From: Octopus sinensis
Taxonomy: Eukaryota
Direction: 5' to 3'
NCBI RefSeq assembly: GCF_006345805.1
Contig: NC_043000.1
Span: forward strand, 37,014,001 to 37,078,000
Length of the DNA: 64,000 nt
The translations under genes and the position numbers were made by a program. This document shows, in pieces, positions 12,049 to 25,209 of this stretch; position 1 is the stretch's first letter; each line of letters starts with the position of its first letter. The notes below the pieces were generated by a model. The model searched no databases. It worked only from the letters and a program-made list of their open reading frames with translations, and had not been told where the DNA came from.

Positions 12049-13108
12049 GTATGTATAGATGTATGTATAGATGTATGTATGTATGTATGTATGTATGATG
12101 TATAGATGTATGTATTACGTCCAAATGTAAAAATCTGAGACTTTCTAAAATCTTGCCTGCCTCTGTCCTACTTTCAGACACTCACAAATAATCTTCTGAT
12201 CGATGTAACTCGTTTTATCCTGTGACAACGAAACAGAAGCAATAAATGCATATATTTTCATTATTACAACAAACCATTTCCTCTTTTGCTTCTTTATGGT
12301 TGCGGTCTAATGGGACTCTTCCTTGACTTGTTTTGCCGCATTAATACTTCTGGCCACATAACACATTTCTAACAGGGCATCTCCCAGTAACTTGAGCTAA
12401 ATCTAACGATATAATATATTTATATCGAATTCATTGGATAATTAATGGTAGTACTTAGAGTACGGTGCAGTCTTACACCAACTAGCACGCTAATTCAATT
12501 TATCTTTCTGTTGTTCTTTCTTTTTTATAACGCTCTTACAACATAATATATTGTGTGCTGGTTGTTGAGTCTACATTCAGAATATCGCAATAGAAGTTTA
12601 TATATGTTTGTGTGAGTGTGTGTATGAGTGAGCGTGTGTCTGTGTGTGTAATTATGTACGTGCTCTACAATGTTTGGCAGAAAGTGCTGATAAACCACTG
12701 TATCCAGGAGCATTACGTTAATATGCAATATTGATCGGCGCAACTATCAGCGTCTTATCTGAAACTTTACCACAAAACATGTCTCTAACTTCGCTTCATC
12801 ACGAACAACATATTGGAAACAAATTATTAATAGCTAACTATATTTTTCTTAGAGAAGGCTATTCTACCATATTAAAACCTAAACATCTCAGGGAGTGAAT
12901 AATAATAATTGTCCAGATTGCTTAAAACTATTGGCCAAGCGCTTCAAATAAATCATTCTCATTAAATAAATCTCTGATAGTAATCTTCTGCAGATGGGAG
13001 ACAAATACACTCTTTCTATATGTTTGATGTGATAAATCACTCTGGTAAATCCCAGTGAAGTTAAGTCCCCTTAAGTGATAATACCTTGATATATTAGCTA
13101 CAATAGAT

Positions 13109-13310
13109 TGTTGTTGTTCTTGTATCAGTAGTTTAAGCAGACGTCAGCCATGATTAAGCAGACCAACGATCAAACGCTCTGTGGCCAGAACCCTCTCGTC
13201 TGTTTGTATATCCAGGATTACGTTATACAGCGTATTTTTTTTACTTCTCTTTTACACATTTGGCATTTGATTTGACGGCAGTATAGCTGTTATTTCTAGC
13301 AGGTCCAATG
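13109..13310 (-). repeat. Dispersed repeat family E with (AAC)n tail, degenerate
   Basis: GCTGTTATTTCTAG is the reverse of CTAGAAACAGCAG at about 48020; related pieces at about 14060-14130 and 48790-48830. Confidence 0.45.
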
Positions 13311-13650
13311 GTCTTCTGGCGACGTACAGAGAATTTCTCATCTGATTTCCATTTGAAGTCAATTCCATTTTCTATCTCTGCCAAAGTACATACGTTCATG
13401 CATGTTGTTCTCTACATTTACATGCAATAGCAGTAACGGCGAACTAATTGATTTAATTAATAACTAATGAGAAGTGTGTTCTATGAGGAAATAACTGGTT
13501 TATCAAGGACATACTCTGTACACTTATATAACGTTCTTGTAATTAGCTTCGTGTGGACAACTCGTTTCTGCTGTGTTTTACATGTTTGCATTCTTTTTAA
13601 CAGTTCTAAAAAAAAAGTCACATTAAGACTTTACTCCATCTGTCTTACAG

Positions 13651-13691
13651 TAAGCAATGCTGAGGCAACAGTTTTTCAGGAATGCTTAAGA
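13651..13691 (+). CDS. Candidate exon, (x)SNAEATVFQECLR
   Basis: Acceptor tttactccatctgtcttacag, donor GTGAGT, 41 nt; the acceptor also reads as a donor (CA|GTAAGC). Confidence 0.2.
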
Positions 13692-14147
13692 GTGAGTTCG
13701 AATAGCCTTCTGCATTCCACTGTCATCCCCACCCCAGGACAGTTCTTGTCTATTAGTAGAGGACAGCAGGAACTACACGTATGTTTTCGGATGCCGACGG
13801 AAATATTTGTTTCTATGAATATGTAATAAAATGTTGTACTTGTCATGGCTTTTATCATTAAGAAGGAACGACCGATGTTGTTACTAAGACACAGCTCAAC
13901 CCCGATTAAGCAATTCCAGGAATTCAAAAGCATTCCAACCACAAGTACACTTTCTTTAAAACGCAGTTCATATTATCTAACGTGTCCTTCTCTTTTTAGT
14001 TGTTATTTGGTGGAGATTTCACTGCTATTTCTAACATGGCGAGCGACTACAAACAGGCTCCCTCGTTGTTATTGTTGTTCTTCAGCCTAAACCAGACTTA
14101 CGATCAAAACCATTGCGGCCATGAACGTCCTGTCTTTGGTGCAGATC

Positions 14148-14637
14148 TCTTAGTGTGGAGAGAACCTGTGGAAGAAGTAGACTCAGGAAGATATGTGACA
14201 AGGTGGTGAAACATGATCTTGGAACGTTGGGCCTCACAGAGGAAATGTAGCCGATACCAGTGTCGCGCAAATGGCACTCGTGCCAGTGGAGCATAAAAAA
14301 GCACTTTTCGAGCGTTGGACCTCATGGAGGCAGTGACAAACGACTGAGACCTTTGGCAACATGCCGTGCTTGAGAAGAAGACCCATCAAGCCAGTGGAAA
14401 TCGTAGTCGTGGCAGATACTGGTGTCACGCAACTGGCACCGGTGCCGGTGGCACGTAACAGAACACATTACACTCTCGGAGTGGTTGGCGTTAGGAAGGG
14501 AATCCAGCTGAAGAAACTTTGCCAAATCAGACTGGAATCAGGAACGGCACCTCAACTTGCCAGCCCTGATCAAACCATCCAACCCATGCCAGCATGGACA
14601 ATGGACACAATGGATGTTAAATGATGATGATGATGAT
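14148..14637 (+). mobile_element. RTE LINE 3' end
   Basis: VWREPVEEVD frame offset; alternative frame VERTCGRSRLRKICDKVVKHDLGTLGLTEEM (GRGRPRKTW..VV..D motif); 3' UTR with GTGGTTGGCGTTAGGAAGGG; (GAT)n tail. Confidence 0.8.
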
Positions 14638-14642
14638 ATATA

Positions 14643-15245
14643 CAAGGTGGTATCAGAAACTTTCAGAACTATTTATGTTTAATTAAAAAGAAATTATTTA
14701 CTTAAGTCTTAACATCATCTCCTTCGAATTAGCTACCTTTTGCAGCAAAACACCGATTCCAGCTTTCCTACCATTTTTGGAATACGGCCTGGAAGTCGTT
14801 TTCCCTCAACGTGTTGAGGACCTTCTGTGATTCGCTCTTTATCTCGACAACGATGTTAAAACAGCGACCTTTGAGCTGCATTTTCATCATTGGCAAGATA
14901 TGGAAGTCCGTAGGTGCCTAAATCAGGTGCTTATAGGGCGGTTGCCGAAGCGATTCTATGTTGTTTTTAGAGAAAAACTAATGAGTGAAGCGAGCTCGAT
15001 GACAAGAGTGCATTATTGTTGTCGTTTTCGCTAAATGTCCTCTCTCAAACACTTCAAAGCGTCGCGGTAGAACTCTCGACTGGCTGTCTGGCCCCAGGGG
15101 ACGAATTCTCGATGCACAGTACCACATTTCCAGGTCTTCCAGGGACGTTCTTCCGCTTTTGAAGCAGCCACGTGGTTTCGAGTTCCATCCCAATGCACAG
15201 CATATTGAGCAAGTATCTTCGACTGCAGACACGGGCATACCAATA
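14643..15245 (-). mobile_element. mariner (DD34D-type) 3' half with TIR
   Basis: TA plus CAAGGTGGTATCAGAAAC end; TVHREFVPWGQTASREFYRDALKCLRE; terminal YFEGD-like codons. Confidence 0.82.
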
Positions 15246-15287
15246 TCTTACGAGTGAGTCTGGTAGATGGAAAGTACGTGAAAGCCT

Positions 15288-15630
15288 ATCGTAGCTGGGT
15301 GGTAAGAAGCTTGCTTTCCAACCAGATCCACCTTGACTCTTCGGCTATAGCCTTGGGCTGACCAAAGTTTTCTGAACGGATTTGACAGACGGAACCTGAA
15401 AGAAAGCTGTCGTAAATATATCTATGTGTGTGACATTGCATCTGTGTTTGTGTCCCACTAACACTTGACAACCGGTGTTGGTGTGTTTACATCCCGTAGC
15501 CTAGCGATTCCGCCTAAAAGTTTGATAGAATAAGTACAGGTTTTTAAAAAATCCTTGGTTCCAAACGTTCCAGTAAAACATTTCAAGGCGGTACCCCAGC
15601 ATGGTCGCCGTCAGATGACTGAAACAAGTG
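15288..15630 (+). mobile_element. SINE family B, degenerate
   Basis: Collinear with 30827-31233. Confidence 0.75.
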
Positions 15631-15686
15631 AATGATTAAAGATAAACGTGAGTGTATGTGTGTGTGTGTGTGTGTGTGTCGTCGTC

Positions 15687-16035
15687 GCACTCCGTCGGTT
15701 ACGACGACGAGGGTTCCAGTTGATCCGACCAACGGAACAGACTACTCGTGGAATTAACATGCAAGTGGTTGAGCGCTCCACAGACCCGTGTACCCTTAAC
15801 AGTGTGTGACAAGGCTGGCCCTTTGAAATACAGGTACAACAGAAACAGGAAGAAAGAGTGAGAGAAAGTTGTGGTGAAAGAGTACAGCAGGGTTCGCCAC
15901 CACCACCCTGCCGGAGCCTCGTGGAGCTTTAGATGTTTTCGCTTAATAAGCAATCACAACGCCCGGTCTGGGAATCGAAACCGCGATCCTATAACCGCGA
16001 GTCTGCTGCCCTAACCAATGGGCCATTGCGCCTCC
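15687..16035 (-). mobile_element. SINE family C (tRNA-derived head GGAGGCGCAATGGCCCAGTGGTTAGGGCAGCGGACTCG)
   Basis: Reverse complement of 36525-36904. Confidence 0.9.
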
Positions 16036-16038
16036 AAC

Positions 16039-16070
<32 letters not shown>

Positions 16071-16239
16071 GTGTGTGTGTGTGTGTGTATACTAGTGCAT
16101 GTATGTATGCATGTGCGTATGTATCTCTCTCTTTCTCTCTCTCTATATATATACATACAGAAGCACACACACACATACGTGCATACATACATTCATATAT
16201 ACATACGAGTATATGTATGTGTACTTGCAGGCGCCTTTG

Positions 16240-16430
16240 TTTTGACTCCACCCGGATTGGCAACCGATGTTGGTTTGTTTGCGTCCATGTAAACTAGCGG
16301 TTCGGCAAATGAGACCAATAGAATTTGTACAATACTTTGAAAACCGTACTGAGGTCAATTTGATCTACCAAACCCTTTGAGATAGTGCCCCAGTATGGTC
16401 GGAAATCAATGGCTGAAACAAGTGAAAGAA
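16240..16430 (+). mobile_element. SINE family B, 3' half
   Basis: CAACCGATGTTGGT...GCGGTTCGGCAAA...GGCTGAAACAAGTGAAAG. Confidence 0.7.
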
Positions 16431-17157
16431 TGACTTAATTATTCGATAGTCCAATCAATTGATCTCTATACCCGTATCGATAGGCTTCAGAAGACAACAG
16501 GACGATTTTACAGCGATTGGTATCCTATGATCTAACCATCATGCTAAATGATTTTCTTTCCGCATATAAACGAAAAAAAAAACATATTTAGAAGTCAATC
16601 AGCTCCAAGTGGTGGCTGTTACACTGTTACCTGATCTGTTAGAAACAGCAACCGAATCTCATGCGAATCACACTCCAACGTTTTACAAAAGAAGGGCACA
16701 TTTGATAATATAATGCCAAAAATATTGTCTGAGAAAAACGTCGAGATGACCATAGATAACGTGCAGTTGATTCAAAGATCTGCTTGATGAGAACAGTGTC
16801 AAAGAGTGATCTGTAAGACTGACTGGAGGGCACAGAACTGACGACCACAAATAATTCAAAATATACGGGATCTAGAAATATAAGGACCATTTTATGTCAC
16901 GTAAGTTCTGAAATATGATTAACCAAATTTTCTGAAACCACTGTATTAATCATATTCGTTCCCCGTGCAAAATACGAGTATCTGATTTTTATTTGAGACG
17001 AGAGAACAATAGATACTCTGTAGTGTAATTCAATTCGATTTTTCCCTCACTAATCGATGTCTATTTACTACGACACTATATTAACCAAACGAGGTCATAA
17101 CAAGACCGGAACATGTATGAAGTTGTCTACAGTTAAAACAATATTTTGACATTTCAA

Positions 17158-17388
17158 GGCGGCAAGCTGGCAGAATCGTTAGCACGCCGGGCGGAATGGT
17201 TACCAGTATTTCGTCTACCGCTACGTTCTGAGTTCAAATTCCACTAAGGTCGACTTTGCCTTTTGTCTATTCGGGGTCGATTAAATAAGTATCAGTTACG
17301 TACTGGGATCGATGTAATAGACTTAATCCCTTTGTCTGTCCTTGTTTGTCCCCTCTAGGTTTAGCCCCTTGTGAGCAATAACGAAATA
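17158..17388 (+). mobile_element. SINE family A monomer
   Basis: Full head and body; 11-bp TSD AATATTTTGAC at 17140-17150 and 17389-17399. Confidence 0.92.
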
Positions 17389-18439
17389 AATATTTTGACT
17401 TTTCTTCAGCGTGTATTTCAGATTAGACCTTTCTAATGATCCGCGTATTCAATATGGTAGCAAAACATACATAGATACATACATATATACATACATATAT
17501 CCATACCGCTAATATCGAACAGTAAGAATGAATGCATTGCTAGATAAATATTCTTTATTTTGAGTTAACAACGACTAATAATGGCTGAGAAATTTCTCTC
17601 GGCATGAAACCGATGACAGCCTTGTTTAACCCACAAAGGAATTGTATGCGTGTGTGTGTGTACGTTTGTGTGTGTGTAAGAGAATGCATGGCATGCATGC
17701 ACATATATGATCGCAGGTGTGTGAATGTGTATTTGCATGCCATGTGTGTGCATATATTTGTGTGTCTAATCCTCAGGTTAGAATCTGGAGAGTGCGTGAG
17801 GAAAACATATCCAGCTGCATTGATCATAAAATTAATTAGATTTGATTAGGTTTATTGAAATGATGCAACATTAACAATGTTTGTTTGTTTTTTTTATCTT
17901 CCTCGTTTTTAATTTTCGTTCATCTTTCTATCTTGGGATGATATACTTAATCCGTTACTCGGCTTAACACCCCCAACTGGCCTTTTATCTCAGTTACCTT
18001 TCGCAGAGTCCACGCGGGTGCAAACATTTTACTCTCGTCCCCAAGATTTAAGGACATCAAAGTTTTTCTCTCTTTACATATACCAGTTCTATAAACGATG
18101 CACGAAGGGCTTTGTTAATGTCCTTCTGCCAGTGCACAAGCCACGAAAGTATATAAAATATCTATATACACCATGTATGAAGTGTTAATCCGAACGTGTA
18201 CCAACCATACAAAGAAAAAAAGCTACGCTTTAATCAGCTACCAATTAATCAAGCTGATCCGTTAATCTTTCAGTAAGTAATCCTGAACCAACAATACATA
18301 TCCAAAGGCAATCACAAATTATGTCATTTCGATCTGTACAGTAGTTGCAAACTATTTATATATCTACATTTATGTATATATATTTTTACCGATTTACAGA
18401 GAAAGAAAATCACTTGCAATATTCGCATGCCTATAGTGG

Positions 18440-18673
18440 CTAAGTATGTATGTATGTATGCATGTTTGCATGTATGTATGTATGTATGTATTATGTATGT
18501 ATGTATGTATGATGTATGTATGTATGCATGCATGTATGTATATGTATGCATGTATGCATGTATGTATGTATATGCATGCATGCATGTATGTATGTATATG
18601 TATGCATGTATGTATGTATGTATGTATGTATGTATGTATGTATGTATGTATGTATGTATGTATGTATGTATGT
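18440..18673. repeat. (TATG)n/(TGCA) compound microsatellite
   Basis: Directly visible tandem array. Confidence 0.97.
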
Positions 18674-18674
18674 A

Positions 18675-19162
18675 TTTGTCACCTCTATTTTTTAATTATT
18701 ATAAATCCACTGAGGAAGGAGCCGGTTTCCAACAAAGATACAAGGCACCATCTTTGTGAGTAGTTAGTAGAGACAAATTCACATTTGGAACTTGAGAAAA
18801 GTCTTGCATATTTTTACTGTTCCACTCACAGACTGCACTTGTAATGTAAGGATCAGCCGGTCGAGTTCTCTTTCTGAAAATCCCAGTTTATCCAGATTCT
18901 CTTTTAAGCATTTACTAACAAAACCTAGTGCTTCAATTATTATTGGTATGAATATGAATTTATAGTCTGGATATCGAAGCTGGAGGTTTCGAAGCAGTTG
19001 TCCATAGATATCCTCTTTTTCTTTGATTTTCAAAGAGATATTTATATCTGCAGGGCAGCTCAATTCTATGATAGTACATCCCTTTGCCCCTCAGCTCCAA
19101 ACAGCAATATCCGGCCTGCTATGTTTACGTTTGATAGAAGTTTTGATGAGAAAATTCCACCA
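18675..19162 (-). mobile_element. RLE LINE 3' end (second lineage) in (TATG)n
   Basis: WWNFLIKTSIKRKHSRPDIAVW*..CTIIELSCPAD..KEKEDIY..IPIIIEALG..VKICKTFLKFQM*, a PD-(D/E)xK endonuclease; (TATG)n on both flanks. Confidence 0.85.
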
Positions 19163-19200
19163 GTATGTATGTATGTATGTATGTATGTATGTATGTATTA

Positions 19201-19231
<31 letters not shown>

Positions 19232-19328
19232 GTGTGTCTGACTGACTGTCTGTCTGTCTATCTATCTATCTATTTACCTATCTATATCTATCTATATATC
19301 TAGCTACCTATATAGGCACACATATATA

Positions 19329-20205
19329 CAAGGTGCGGTGGGTAAATTGTCGCGCTTTTATATTTTTAATTTGCGCATGCACATTGTTTGTTTTTCATTT
19401 TGTCGACTACACAGTATAGTAGTGTCAGTTGAGTGCCGTCTCTGAGTAAAACAGCACCATGGCACATTCCATTCTGCCAGAAAATTGGAAAAGACATGCC
19501 GTACTCCTTGGCTTTCGCGCCGGAACCTCCAAAACGAACGTTTCAGGGTGTTTGGGTGTCACTCTGAGGATAGATGTACCGGGAGTGACAAAAATCAAAC
19601 TTCCAGTCAACATCATGGTGCTTAGAGTGATCGCTAGTGATGGCAACGTTATGTTGCCATTCGTCTTCCCACACGGCCTCAGACTCAACACGGAGGCCTA
19701 CATCGAGTGTCTGGAGGAGGTAGTGCTGCCCTGAGTCAAGAGGCTGGCTGCTGGAAGACCCTATGTCTGGCAACAGGATTCTGCACCATGTCACACAATC
19801 AGGAGAATCCAGTCATGGCTGTCGGACAATGTCTGCGACCACATCACCCCTAACATCTGGCCACCTAACTCTACAGAATGCAACCTACCTGATTATTATG
19901 TGTGGGGAGCAGTTGAGAGAGAGAGAGAGAGAAAGACCAAAAAAACTCCTTGTATCACCGAGATGAACAAAAGGCAAGGATTATGGCAGCATTCACCAAC
20001 TTAAACAAGGAACCATCCAGAAGAGTTGCAGGAGATTCCAAAGTCATCTGGAGGTTATGGTTGAAGCCAATGGCGATTTTATTGACTAAATTTACTCTTT
20101 AGTATTTCAAGATATTTTTACGTCATTTTGGTAAATATATCTGTTAAAATTAGACGACATTGTTATTTTCCTTTTTGCGTTATTTAGACATTTTATTCAC
20201 CGCAC

Positions 20206-20209
<4 letters not shown>
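19329..20209 (+). mobile_element. Internally deleted DD37D (maT-like) element with both TIRs
   Basis: TIRs CAAGGTGCGGTGGGTAAATTGTC and GACATTTTATTCACCGCACCCTG; 5' TA; WQQDSAP...WPPNSTECNLPDYYVWG with 37 residues between the Asps; junction near 19570 removes most of the N-terminal half. Confidence 0.9.
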
Positions 20210-20272
<63 letters not shown>

Positions 20273-20486
20273 ATATACAAGTATTTATGTATGTATGTAT
20301 GCGTCTGTTTCTCTCTTTCTCATTCTCTCTCTCTCCCTCTCTCTCTCTTATCTGTACTCGTGTGCGTGTATGTTACACAGTAGTGCCGAATCAAAAATAT
20401 ATCTGCATAGTCTCTTGCTGTCTTCTCTGCGATCATAGAAGAATGTTTATTAAGCACACACCATAATAATAATAATAATAATAATA

Positions 20487-20519
<33 letters not shown>

Positions 20520-20520
20520 T

Positions 20521-20644
20521 GTTTCTTTACTACCCACAAGGGGCTAAACACAGAGAGGACAAACAAGGACAGATAAACGGATTAAGTCGATTACATCGAC
20601 CCCAGTGCGTAACTGGTACTTAATTTATCGACCCCGAAGGATGA
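20521..20644 (-). mobile_element. SINE family A, 3' half
   Basis: Near-consensus body adjacent to (ATT)n. Confidence 0.85.
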
Positions 20645-20646
20645 AC

Positions 20647-20842
20647 GTGCCTATAATAATTAGTGCATTGGGAACTGGTTGAAAGAGATTAGAAGAGAAT
20701 GTCCTGTAGAGCTTCTACAGAAAGTTGCCTCTTTGGGCCAGTGAAGATTATCAGGAGGAGTCTAAGCACTAGAAAGTTAGTAGATACCTAAGATTAAAGG
20801 TAGTAACCCGCTACCTAAGAATAAGACCAAATCTGAGTCAAA
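20647..20842 (+). mobile_element. R4/Dong-like LINE, extreme 3' end
   Basis: VPIIISALGT...VELLQKVASLG..KIIRRSLST*, short UTR, then (AAT)n. Confidence 0.7.
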
Positions 20843-20898
20843 TAATAATAATAATAATAATATAATAATAATAATGATAATAATAATAATAATAATAA

Positions 20899-22615
20899 TG
20901 CCGACCAAGTAATACCAGAGTGCTTGACAATGTGTAGGACAGCACTGCGCTTGAAAAACATCGAAAAGGGCAATACGGTAGACAATTACAGGCCGATATC
21001 CTATTTGCCACTTATGTGGAAATTATTGACTGGAATAGTCGCAGAGTCAATGTACATGAGCAGAAGGGTTGCAAACGTAAGTGAAGAGGTACCAAGGATC
21101 AACATCTGGTAGAGAAAACTGTACTTAGAGATTGCAAGAGGAGGAAAAGTAACTTAGCCATGTCATGGATCGACTATCGTAAGGCGTACGATATGATCCC
21201 ATATTCTTGGATTATGGAGTGTATGAACCTATTTGGTATTTCATCCATCGAATGTTGAGCGATTGCTTGGAAAAAGTATGGCGAAATGAAGGACGGAACT
21301 GACAGTATATGGAAGTTTAGGGACTACAGAAATTAGGAGAGGCATCTTCCAAGGGGACTGCCTGTCTCCACTGATCTTTGTACTGTGCATGATACCACTA
21401 ACACTAATTCTGAGGAAAGCAAAGGCTGGGTGTGTATTCAAGAGCCGCCAACAAAAAGTCAACTTGTTATTCATAGAAGACTTCAAACTTTATGGTAAAG
21501 ATGAATCCCACGTCAGTTCCCTCGTTGATACGGTGTATACTTTTCGTTGCGAAAGAGAGCAATAAAAATTGCTAGTGAGTTTATGCATAATACCCAGGTT
21601 GAACAGCATGATGGAAGTGCGGCAACTGTTTTTTGCAAAGAAGGTGAAATGAATAGCAAAGCAAAAAGCATTGGAACAACTAGCCGATAGGTGAGAACAA
21701 AAACCTCTGCATGGCAAACATGTGGCCCGTATCAAACAAGCTACAAGCTGATGTAGACCAGAAGCACATCTATCAGTGGCTACGAAGGTCAGTGCTAAAG
21801 GCAGAGAGTGAAAGCTTTATCTTGGCTGCTCATGATCAGAGCTTATTGACCCGGAACTATCAAGCCTAAGTGATGAAAAATGGAGTAGACCCAAAGTGCC
21901 GATACTGCAACGATGGGATTGAAACAGTGGGCCACCTAATCTCTGGGCGTAAGGTTTTAGCACCTGTAGAGTACAAATTAAGATATGACAGAGTTGGCCA
22001 ATATTCACATTATAGAATCAAAACTGCTGACAAATGATACAAGCACTACCCTGAAGGAGAAAATGTAACTATTGTTTAGGACTTCCCAATATGTACAGGT
22101 CGGACCATCAAGGCAAACAAACCAGATATTTTTGCGAAAGACCAAAACAATAAAATATGTTTATTGATTGACATGAGCATACCCCGTGACCATAATATGT
22201 CGGCAAAAGAATTTGATAAGCTCAGAAAATAATAAAGATTTGCTTATCGAAGCCGAAAGGATGTGGCATCTCAAGATGGTTGTAATACCAGTGATTGTAG
22301 GAGCACTTGGAATGATCAAAACAGGAACTGAAAATGATTTGAGAATGATCCCTGGCTTACCATCCATACAGGATGTGCAAAAGATTGTCTTAACTGGTAA
22401 CTGGTCACACGTACTGAGAAGAGCATTGTCGCTGTGAATTTTCTTTCCTTTATTTTATTTGTTCACTTTTCTATTGTCTCTTTTTTCTCTATCACATAGC
22501 TTTGTAAATGTTTTAATGTTTGTTTTAATGGCCTACCAATGTATACAGTGAGTTTCTCTGCCCTAGGTATCAGGAAGACACCCGGCAAGAACTGGAAACA
22601 ATTGAAAGAAAATTA
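20899..22615 (+). mobile_element. R4/Dong-like LINE: RT fragment joined to zinc knuckle/RLE region and 3' UTR
   Basis: [50 protein letters not shown]; from about 21550 collinear with 49765-50850; starts at (AAT)n and ends at ATAATAAT. Confidence 0.9.
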
Positions 22616-22624
22616 TAATAATCC

Positions 22625-22832
22625 TTTCTAGGGGAGGCACAAGGCCTCAGATTTGCGGGAGGGGACAAGTCGATTACATTGGCCACAATGTTTCACTGGT
22701 GCTTAATTTATCGACCCCGAAAGGATGAAAGGCAATGTCGACCTCGGCGGAACTTGAACACGGAACGTAAAGACAGACGAAATACCGATAAACATTCTTT
22801 CTGCGCGCTAACGACTCTACCAGCTCGCTGCC
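22625..22832 (-). mobile_element. SINE family A (short 3' variant)
   Basis: Head, central domain and GGCCTTGTGCCT-type end. Confidence 0.85.
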
Positions 22833-23490
22833 TCAAAAAGAGGGTGATAATATTAATAATCATAATAGTAAGCCTTTCTGCTAGAGGCGGTTAGGCCCGA
22901 AATTTTATGGGAAATAATGATTTTTATGTCAAGTTTATTTTAGTGTATGGTTTAGCACACTATTGAGGAAGTAAAGTGGAAATAAATTCAAAATCAAAAT
23001 AAAAACAAGAACGGGGACGACATAAAGCCCTTTCTGGATACGTAAAGTGCAGAAAAATCCGATTCGATCTTGTAGAGCAAGGGAGAATTGTGTGTGCCTG
23101 TGTGTGTGTGTGAGAGAGAGTTTGTGTGTGTGTGTGCGCATGCGTATGTGTAATTATTAACAAAAAAAAGAAAACAATGCTCAATACTGAAAGATGAAGT
23201 ATGACTTAACTCACTGGAATTTGTATCCTTAGAATTGACCTTAAATACCTCGAACCGGTCTTTGGACGATTATAGAGAATACCAGATTATTACATGTCAT
23301 TTGGCAGATAACTTTGGAAATATACTTTTGCCACCATCAGGAAATATGGCATTACTTACAATAATTATAAATTAACTTTTATCAAATTTGTTGGTGCTTA
23401 TACAAAATCATGTAATTAATAATATTTCATAGAAAAATATTTATTATCTTAAGTTATAATAAAAAAAAAACAATAAATTTCTTATTTGTA

Positions 23491-23896
23491 TACTCTCTTT
23501 TACTCTTTTACTTGTTTCAGTCATTTGACTGCGGCCATGCTGGAGTACCGCCTTTAGTCGAGCAAATCGATCCCGGGACTTATTCGTTGTAAGCCCAGTA
23601 CTTATTCTATCGGTCGCTTTTGCCGAACCGCTAAGTGACGGGGACGTAAACACACTAGCATCGGTTGTCAAGCAATGCTAGGGGAACAAACACAGACACA
23701 CAAACATATACACACACATATATATATATATACATATATACGACAGGCTTCTTTCAGTTTCCGTCTACCAAATCCACTCACAAGGCTTTAGTCGGCCCGA
23801 GGCTATAGCAGAAGACATTTGCCCAAGATGCCACGCAGTGGGACTGAACCCGGAACCATGTGGTTGGTAAGCAAGCTATTTACCACACAGCCACTC
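23491..23896 (-). mobile_element. SINE family B, near full length
   Basis: Near-consensus; tail TACTCTCTTTTACTCTTTTA. Confidence 0.92.
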
Positions 23897-23981
23897 ATAT
23901 TCATAATAAATATCTAAAATATTCTTTTCTACTCTAGAACATTTCTGCGCCGCTTATGCTTTCTCTGTAATCTGCCCTTTA

Positions 23982-24018
<37 letters not shown>

Positions 24019-24794
24019 CCTGTCTCTCTCTCTCTCCCGCTTCTCTTTATCCCATGTAAAATGTGACAGGTGAAATCAAACAGCCAACATTTATATCGGT
24101 TATTACTAAATAAAGGTGAAAATTGGTATACACTGACCATGCAATAAAAATGTGTTAATATCATAGTGAGTGTTGGTTAATGTGAAATAAGACGAGGATA
24201 TTTCGGGACAACATTGAGAGCTAGCGTGTTAATGATAGGGATAATTCATACAGAAGAATTCTCTAAACGTTTAAGGTGTCTTTAGGAGGGAATTTTAGAT
24301 GTGGATATTCTATTTCCTCAGCTTTTGTAAATTTTGCTCTTGCAGTCAACTTTTTGAAGAAAGACAGTTACGGTAAAAGAGTTATAATGGCCTCTGTTCT
24401 TCGGTGCTGCTGCTTTCGCATCTCTACTTCTCAGCTAACCCCGACCTACACTTCTCTTTCCTCGTCAGCCTTGTTGCGTCCATTTCTCCACCCCTCGTCC
24501 ATACACTAATCCCTTGCATAGTCCTTCCTCGCCGCTGTTCTATTCATTTCTTTCCATCAAGCGTTGACTTGTAACAGTTTGAATGGAAAAATTAACAGCA
24601 TCAACTTCAACGTGCACGTGTCTTAGGTACAGCCCCTTCCTCCGGGCTCAGCAACTGAAAATTAAAAACTTCGGGGGATGCTTGCTATGACCAGGCATTT
24701 CTGACCAATTCTTTAATCTATTGCCATTTCGAAATAATATCAATATTTTCGCATTCAAACAAGGCTAACCGCACACACATTTATATACATATAT

Positions 24795-24958
24795 ACGACG
24801 GGCTTCTTTCAGTTTCCATCCACCAAATCCACTCACAAGGCTTAGGTCAGCTCTAGGCTATAGTAGAAGACACTTGCCCAAGGTGCCACGCAGTGGGACT
24901 GAACCCGGAACCATGTGGTTGGTAAGCAAGCTACTTACCATACAGCCACTCCTGCACC
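24795..24958 (-). mobile_element. SINE family B, 5' half
   Basis: Head and CORE-like segment present. Confidence 0.88.
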
Positions 24959-25125
24959 TTTATATTCTAAATTCGAATCTAACTGAGGTCAACTTTACCT
25001 TTCGTCGTTGCCTTTCATTGTATTCAGGTCGATAAATAAAGTACCACTCCTATTCTAAGGACGATTTTTTCGCTTTTACTCATTGATTCTGTTCGTCTTT
25101 GCGTAAAAATCAGCTGTGGTTACAG

Positions 25126-25209
25126 CTGAAGATGGATGGGTTCCACCAGAAACACCATGTGTCATAAGGGTGCTCCTACGATTCTATCAAGGTGTTGAGA
25201 GCGCTGAAG
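25126..25209 (+). CDS. Candidate symmetric exon, (x)EDGWVPPETPCVIRVLLRFYQGVESAE(G)
   Basis: 84 nt, phase 1-1, donor AAG|GTAAAG, tandem CAG acceptors at 25113 and 25125. Confidence 0.22.
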
